A program made the position numbers and the translations under genes. From Rhodospirillales bacterium (GTDB taxonomy: Bacteria; Pseudomonadota; Alphaproteobacteria; Bin95), in assembly GCA_038143065.1 (NCBI GenBank), contig JAYQLI010000035.1, positions 2,272,894-2,336,893 of the forward strand: DNA of 64,000 bases, written 5' to 3'. The notes under the pieces were generated by a model, which was not told the origin of the DNA, did no database searches, and was given only the letters and a program-made list of their open reading frames with translations. Position 1 is the first letter of the stretch. Every line of letters begins with the position of its first letter. This document shows positions 58,748 to 64,000 of this stretch, piece by piece.

Positions 58748-59352
58748 GCGTTCGACCCCACAAGCCCTGTGCCTATCATCGAGTCTCGCGTTACTATTTC
58801 GGCCAAACGATCCTCGCTCCAATTATTGGTGTCTGAAGGCTGTATGGGTAGCACTAAATATCGGGTCTCGGCTGTCGAGTCCCAAACGCGAACTTCCACA
58901 TCCTCTGAAAGCTCAACGCCAAATTCCTTTAATACTGCGCGAGGCTGCGATACGGCTCTAGCCCGATACGGGGCTGCTTTATACCAGGTTGGAGGTAACC
59001 CAAGTACCGGCCATGGGTAGCAAGAGCAGAGCGTACAGACGACTAAATTATGAATCTTTGTGGTGTTCTCTAGCACGACCATATCTTCGCCTTGCCGACC
59101 AGAATATCCCAAACTGGCTATTGCAGCTGTTGCATCGCTGAGCAGCCATGCTTTGTATTCTGGATCAGTCCAGGCCTTGGCGATTACTCGGGCACCATTT
59201 CTTGGTCCCACCTTGGTCTCGTAGGTTTCAATAAGTTGATCTAGGGCGGCGTGATCCACATAGCCTTTTTCTATTAAAAGAGATTCCAGCGCCCGGACGC
59301 GAAGTTCTGTCTCGCTTAGTTTTGATCCATTATCGTGTCCATCATGCGGCAT
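58744..59352 (-). CDS. nthA: Cobalt-type nitrile hydratase alpha subunit
   Basis: [10 protein letters not shown] Co-type motif, [13 protein letters not shown]. Confidence 0.96.
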   Translation of the reverse strand: MPHDGHDNGSKLSETELRVRALESLLIEKGYVDHAALDQLIETYETKVGPRNGARVIAKAWTDPEYKAWLLSDATAAIASLGYSGRQGEDMVVLENTTKIHNLVVCTLCSCYPWPVLGLPPTWYKAAPYRARAVSQPRAVLKEFGVELSEDVEVRVWDSTAETRYLVLPIQPSDTNNWSEDRLAEIVTRDSMIGTGLVGSNA

Positions 59353-59412
59353 GGTTAGGCTCCTAGCTTAAGAACATCATTAATATCATAAAATGATTGA
59401 AGGGTTTTCACG

Positions 59413-60138
59413 ATGATTGATTTTAGGGGACGTATAGCCCTGGTAACAGGAGGGAGTAGGGGAATTGGTAGGGCGACTGCGCTAGCGCTAGGCAGAGCTG
59501 GAGCTAATGTAGCAATTAATTTTTTGACACAGGAAGATGCAGCCAATCAGGTGGCTTTGGAAATCAAGAAAATCGGCTGTAACGCCAGTATTTTTCAAGG
59601 AGATGTTTCATAATCTCTAGAAGTAGACAGAATGGTTGCTGAGATTACCGGTAAGCTTGGGACGATCGATATTCTTGTTAATAATGCTGGCCAGGCGCGA
59701 AGACTTTCCGTTGATGAGGTAACCGAAGACGATTGGGACCAGACAATGTCCATCAATCTGAAGTCTGTCTTCTTGGTAACCAGGGCGGTTCTGCCTCATA
59801 TGCGTGCTCAAAAATGGGGGCGAATTGTTAACGTATCCTCTGGAGCATCTATGACTGGAGGGTCAGTCGGTATCCATTATTCAGCCTCTAAAGGTGGCGT
59901 TGATGCACTGAGTAGAGCTTATGCGTCCCGACTGGTTAAAGAAGGAATTACGGTTAACATTGTATCACCTTCCCTGATCGATACGGACATGATCCCAGAT
60001 AAGTTAGTAGCTCAAAATATTCCTATGGGTCGCCTTGGTTTGCCGGAAGAGTGTGCAGACGCCATCGTGCAAGCAGCATCCAATGGTTTTATGACAGGTC
60101 AAACAATTTTCCTAAATGGTGGTCGTTACTTTGGTTAA
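59413..60138 (+). CDS. Short-chain dehydrogenase/reductase (in-frame TAA at 59611-59613, probable error)
   Basis: TGGSRGIG, NNAG, YSASK; both ORF halves are in the same frame. Confidence 0.88.
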
Positions 60139-60210
60139 GATTAAAATGAGGCCATTCCAACAACTGGCAGGTCGTGGCATGCTTTCTAAATAAATCAAGG
60201 AGGAACTTTG

Positions 60211-61044
60211 ATGCCTGATAACGCCATTTTCCCCGAGCCCACACCGCTCGAAGCTCACCCCGACTATGAACCAGTTTCTGCTGCTGAGTTGGTAGAGCTC
60301 AATGACCGGCTCAATGTTTGTTTAAAGTTGCGCACCCTGGCTATTGGAATGAAGCAATTTCGTTCTTTAGAGGAAATGAACCAGGTAAAAGGTTTAAGAC
60401 GGCCCATGGAGGGGCGTCGCCACACCATGTGCCAGCTGGTTACTCAGAGCCGCATGGCAGGGTTTACTCTTGGAGTAACTGCGGAGAACGTCCGCCCTAA
60501 TGGTAATTGTGGAGGTGTTCACGGTATCGACCTCCCTGATGAAGGGACACTAGATGGTTCTCATATGACTGGAGTTTGGTTTGAGAATCAGACAGCGGCA
60601 GCAGCGCATCAGGAGCATATGCCGCGTCAGGTATATGGCACCTATGTAGCAACAGTAGTCTCTCCAATTCGGGCAGGGCGATTAGATCCTCCCGACATAG
60701 TTATGTTCTATGGTACCCCAGCCCAGATCATCATTTTCGTTAATGGCCTGCAGAATAAGAGGTATCGCCGTTATGACATGTCCATCACTGGCGAAAGTGC
60801 GTGTGCTGATAGCTGGGGCAAGGCTTTACTAACAAAGGATACCTCTATTTCTATCCCTTGCTTTGCAGAACGCCGTTATGGCGGTGTGGCTGATGATGAG
60901 TTGCTAATTGCAATGCCACCACACGAATTTAAGCGAGGCGTTGAAGGAATGGAGACCTTATCTAAAGTTGGTCTCCGTTACCCTATTCCACCTTATGGAC
61001 CTCATGCAGATCCATCGGAGGGAATGGGAAAATCCTATGGCTAA
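60211..61044 (+). CDS. DUF169-like protein
   Basis: CQLV..SR, PDIVMFYGTPAQ, ESACAD, PCFAERRYGG..DDEL; AGGAGG RBS. Confidence 0.75.
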   Translation: MPDNAIFPEPTPLEAHPDYEPVSAAELVELNDRLNVCLKLRTLAIGMKQFRSLEEMNQVKGLRRPMEGRRHTMCQLVTQSRMAGFTLGVTAENVRPNGNCGGVHGIDLPDEGTLDGSHMTGVWFENQTAAAAHQEHMPRQVYGTYVATVVSPIRAGRLDPPDIVMFYGTPAQIIIFVNGLQNKRYRRYDMSITGESACADSWGKALLTKDTSISIPCFAERRYGGVADDELLIAMPPHEFKRGVEGMETLSKVGLRYPIPPYGPHADPSEGMGKSYG

Positions 61045-62040
61045 TACTGCTCGGCCGACCACCCGTCGTTTGCAGCAAATGGTGCGTGCTTACCGTGAAG
61101 CGGGCGCCCTGATGGCTGCAGTGGAGCTCGACCTTTTTACTCATATAGCCAGCGGGGCAGATGATGAGTCATCTCTGACCAAAGCTATGGGACTCCAGCC
61201 GCTTCATGGCGAAAGAATCATCATAGCGATGCTTGGGCTTGGTCTTTTGGAACGAACGGCCGGCAAGCTCACACTTGCTGACGACGTCGAGCGATTTTTA
61301 GTGAAAGGTAAAGCAAGCTATGCCGGCGAGTGGATGCTATTTACCAAACCTGATTGGGACGATTGGGGAAAATTATCGGAAATTTTAAAAGAAAAAGCTC
61401 CTCCGGTATTGGAGAATAAGACTGTTGCGGGGATTACTGTCCAAGAGGCTAGACGCTATCACCGAGGAACATACTCGATTGGACGTGGTGCTGGTCGACT
61501 ATTTCTTAATCAGGTTGATCTCACGGGCAAAAAACTGTTGATGGATATTGGAGGGGGTCGGGCGCCTATTGTATTGAGGCTTGCAAGCGCTACCCGGATC
61601 TCAAGGCTGTTGTCTTAGAAATGCCTGCTGTGGTGCCGGTTACTCAAGAATTTATAGATGAGAGTGGCCTTGCTAATCGAATTGAGGCTCGAGTTTGTGA
61701 TTTCAATCATGATCCTTTCCCTGAGGGAGCAGATATAGCCGTTATGGCATCTAACTTGCCTATGTATGGTCGAGAAGCGATTGGAGCCGTTGTGCACAAG
61801 GCTTATAACGCGATGGCTCCGGGAGGGACATTTCACCTGATTGGCGAAGCTCTAGACGCAAGTCGATCTGGCCCTTCAGACCCTGCCCTTTGGGGGCTGG
61901 CCCAGGCTATTAACAACACTACAGGAATTGCGCACTCAGTTTCTGAAGTTGAGGACTACCTTTCATTAGCTGGCTTCACCAATGTAGAGACAACTCAATT
62001 TGTAGAAGGGATTTTGCAGAGAACTAGTGGACAAAAATAG
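61037..62040 (+). CDS. SAM-dependent methyltransferase with N-terminal dimerisation domain (frameshift near 61555)
   Basis: AAVELDLF, MDIGGG(S)G, L(E)MP.V, DF, PGG. Confidence 0.85.
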
Positions 62041-62061
62041 TCGCTCTCGGTGTCTTTCCAG

Positions 62062-62935
62062 TTAGATATCCCGTTTTGGCAAGGCCCGTCTGTAATCTCT
62101 GCGGCGTTCCCCTACAGCCTTAAGGCTTGCGGCGTTGCTGTCATTTACTCGGTTATAAATAGCTCGCCAGTCAGGGTCTCCAGGCCACTCGAATGGAGCG
62201 CGTTTTATGGTTCCATGCTCAGTTGCTTGCTCTAATAATTGAACAGCTAATCTCGAGATTTCTAGCTGCATTTTGCGATTATAGGGAGCTCCCATGGGGT
62301 TTCCGAGAGGGAAGTCTACAAACAAACAGCGGGCTACGCCGCAATGTTCCACTATATCTTTAGCAGAACCAACAACTACTGTTGGAATGCCGTTTCTTTC
62401 AAGATGGTGTGCAGTCAGACTCACGGTCTGGTGACACACTGGTCATAAAGGTACTAATAGGGCGGCATCGGCATGGTCTGAGATAACGCGAGAAAGAATT
62501 TCGGGCGCATCGTGCTCAATAGTCGTCCTGTGGCTGTACACCGTCGGCACACTATGAAATTTTGCACTTATGCCCTTAATAAGGCCTTCATATTTAAGCG
62601 TTTGTAATGCATTGATGGGGAGGTAGCTCTCTGTCTCTGGTATGAGTACTTTCTTTGTCCCAAGCAAGATTCTCATTGTAAAGCCTCTTTGGCGCGCTAG
62701 AGCCTTCGGTGGCCCCGGACCATACTTCCTTTGGAGGTGCATTCCCGGGTGGTGACCAGTTGCCTGGTGGTGCTGAGGTTACAACTATTGATATCTGAGT
62801 CTCTGTGAGAGAATTTTTTAGATGGGCGAACGGCTGTCCGTCATTACGAGCCCAGCGATAGTCGCGTTCGTATCAGAGAGCCCGGTAGTATTGACGGGTT
62901 CGTTCTATGTATCGAACAGAGGATTGATCATTCAT
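62062..62935 (-). CDS. Glycine/sarcosine/betaine/D-proline reductase selenoprotein-B-like protein; putative Sec at TGA 62443-62445
   Basis: In-frame LLVPL-TGA-PVCHQTVSLTAHHLERNGIPTV...DFPLGNP; N-terminus MNDQSSVRYIERTRQYY; also a TGA at 62873-62875 (Gly expected) and a frameshift near 62632. Confidence 0.8.
62412..62441 (-). promoter_or_regulatory. Putative bacterial SECIS element
   Basis: mRNA 3' of the UGA reads CCAGUGUGUCAC-CAGAC-CGUGA-GUCUG-ACUG: 5-bp upper stem, loop beginning 18 nt after the UGA with G at loop position 2, lower CAGU/ACUG pairing. Confidence 0.65.
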
Positions 62936-63023
62936 CAGAATATAATACTTCAAACAATTGATTTGCTCTAACGAAAATATTTTGCACCCTAGCGTCTAAA
63001 ACTTAATGTTTATATGTGCTTAG

Positions 63024-64000
63024 ATGAGTAAATCATTCCGAAGCTCAGGGATTTGTCCAATTAAATTTCCAGAATCAGATGGTATTCTGCACCTGTATCA
63101 AAAAACGCGTGCAGCAACTTTAGACCTTATATCAGGACTTGGGCCGGAAGATGTAACGCCTCAGTCTATGGAAGATGCCAGCCCGACGAAGTGGCATCTC
63201 GCTCATGTAAGTTGGTTTTTTGAAGAGTTTCTGCTCCGGGCTCATGCTCCTAGTTACAGGGTATTAGATGAAAGGTTTCGCTATCTCTTTAACTCTTACT
63301 ATGTGCAAGCAGGTCCGCGTTACGCGCGACCAGATCGTGGCTTGATAACACGGCCGACGTTGAAAGAAGTTTTGGCTTATCGAGAGCATGTTGATAATGC
63401 GATGACCAATTTCATTAAATCGGGAGATGCGCCACTGGATATAGTCGAACTTGGTTGTCATCACGAAATGCAGCACCAAGAATTAATACTCACCGACTTA
63501 TTGCATCTTCTATCACAAAACCCCCTTAATCCAATTTACAGAGATCAAAAGAAAGTTGATCCAATTACAACACCAGCACCCTCATGGCTGGAGTACGAGG
63601 GTGGCATGGTTGAAATAGGACACTTGGGGACAAAATTTGCTTTTGATTGTGAAGGTCCTCGGCACAGCACATTTCTCCAGCCGTATCGGCTTTCTTCACA
63701 TCTAGTCACTAATGCCGATTGGTTGAGGTTTATAGATGATGGGGGTACCAGGATCCCCGATACTGGTTATCTGATGGCTGGGCAAAAGCCCAACAGGAAT
63801 GCTGGGAAGCTCCCTTATATTGGCGGAGAGATGAAACTTCATGGAACATATTTGGATTATCTGGCGTTCAGCCTTTAAACTTTGATGCCCCCGTTTGTCA
63901 CATAAGCTTCTATGAAGCTGATGCTTATGCTTCTTGGGCAGGTAAACGCTTACCTACTGAAATTGAATGGGAGGCTGCCTCCCCAACAACTATCAAAGGT
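63024..64000 (+). CDS. egtB: Ergothioneine biosynthesis sulfoxide synthase EgtB (frameshift near 63745; runs off the window)
   Basis: [32 protein letters not shown], and FGE-domain [10 protein letters not shown]...RLPTE.EWE in the shifted frame. Confidence 0.88.

Noticed and set aside
62873-62875. Second selenocysteine codon in the GrdB-like gene
   Set aside because: Context RAL*YE suggests Gly (GGA>TGA); there is no redox motif and no convincing SECIS-like hairpin
63024-64000. Calling the sulfoxide synthase SenA (selenoneine synthase)
   Set aside because: Motifs fit ordinary EgtB and senB/senC are not visible; cannot be resolved without the downstream sequence

Overview
Chromosomal window of a free-living, aerobic alphaproteobacterium. 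Gene order and the porin signal peptide suggest a marine Rhodospirillales-like lineage (inference). Core genes are fabG-acpP-fabF-mltG-yicC-gmk, nrdAB, apt, yggS, rpmE, hisE, sodB, hisB-hisH-GNAT-hisA-hisF and dnaN-recF-gyrB. They are interleaved with catabolic and redox genes: three TauD-family dioxygenases, a GcvT-family amine dehydrogenase, a Liv-type ABC importer, a Co-type nitrile hydratase and EgtB/EgtE-like genes. Many genes, including housekeeping ones, are broken by single-base frameshifts (mostly in homopolymers) or isolated stops. This looks like unpolished long-read error, so split ORFs were re-joined. Highlights: (1) a GrdB/PrdB-like selenoprotein candidate with an in-frame UGA in a U-x-x-C motif followed by a SECIS-like hairpin, divergent from egtB; (2) a tightly coupled operon of thiol-dioxygenase-like cupin, TauD, 4-His membrane protein and an unusual ferredoxin-molybdopterin fusion enzyme; (3) a CDP-alcohol/HAD/cytidylyltransferase head-group operon; (4) an nrdAB promoter with both a LexA box and tandem NrdR boxes. 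No rRNA, tRNA, CRISPR array, prophage or IS element was recognised. All calls are from motif recognition by eye; no database search was run.
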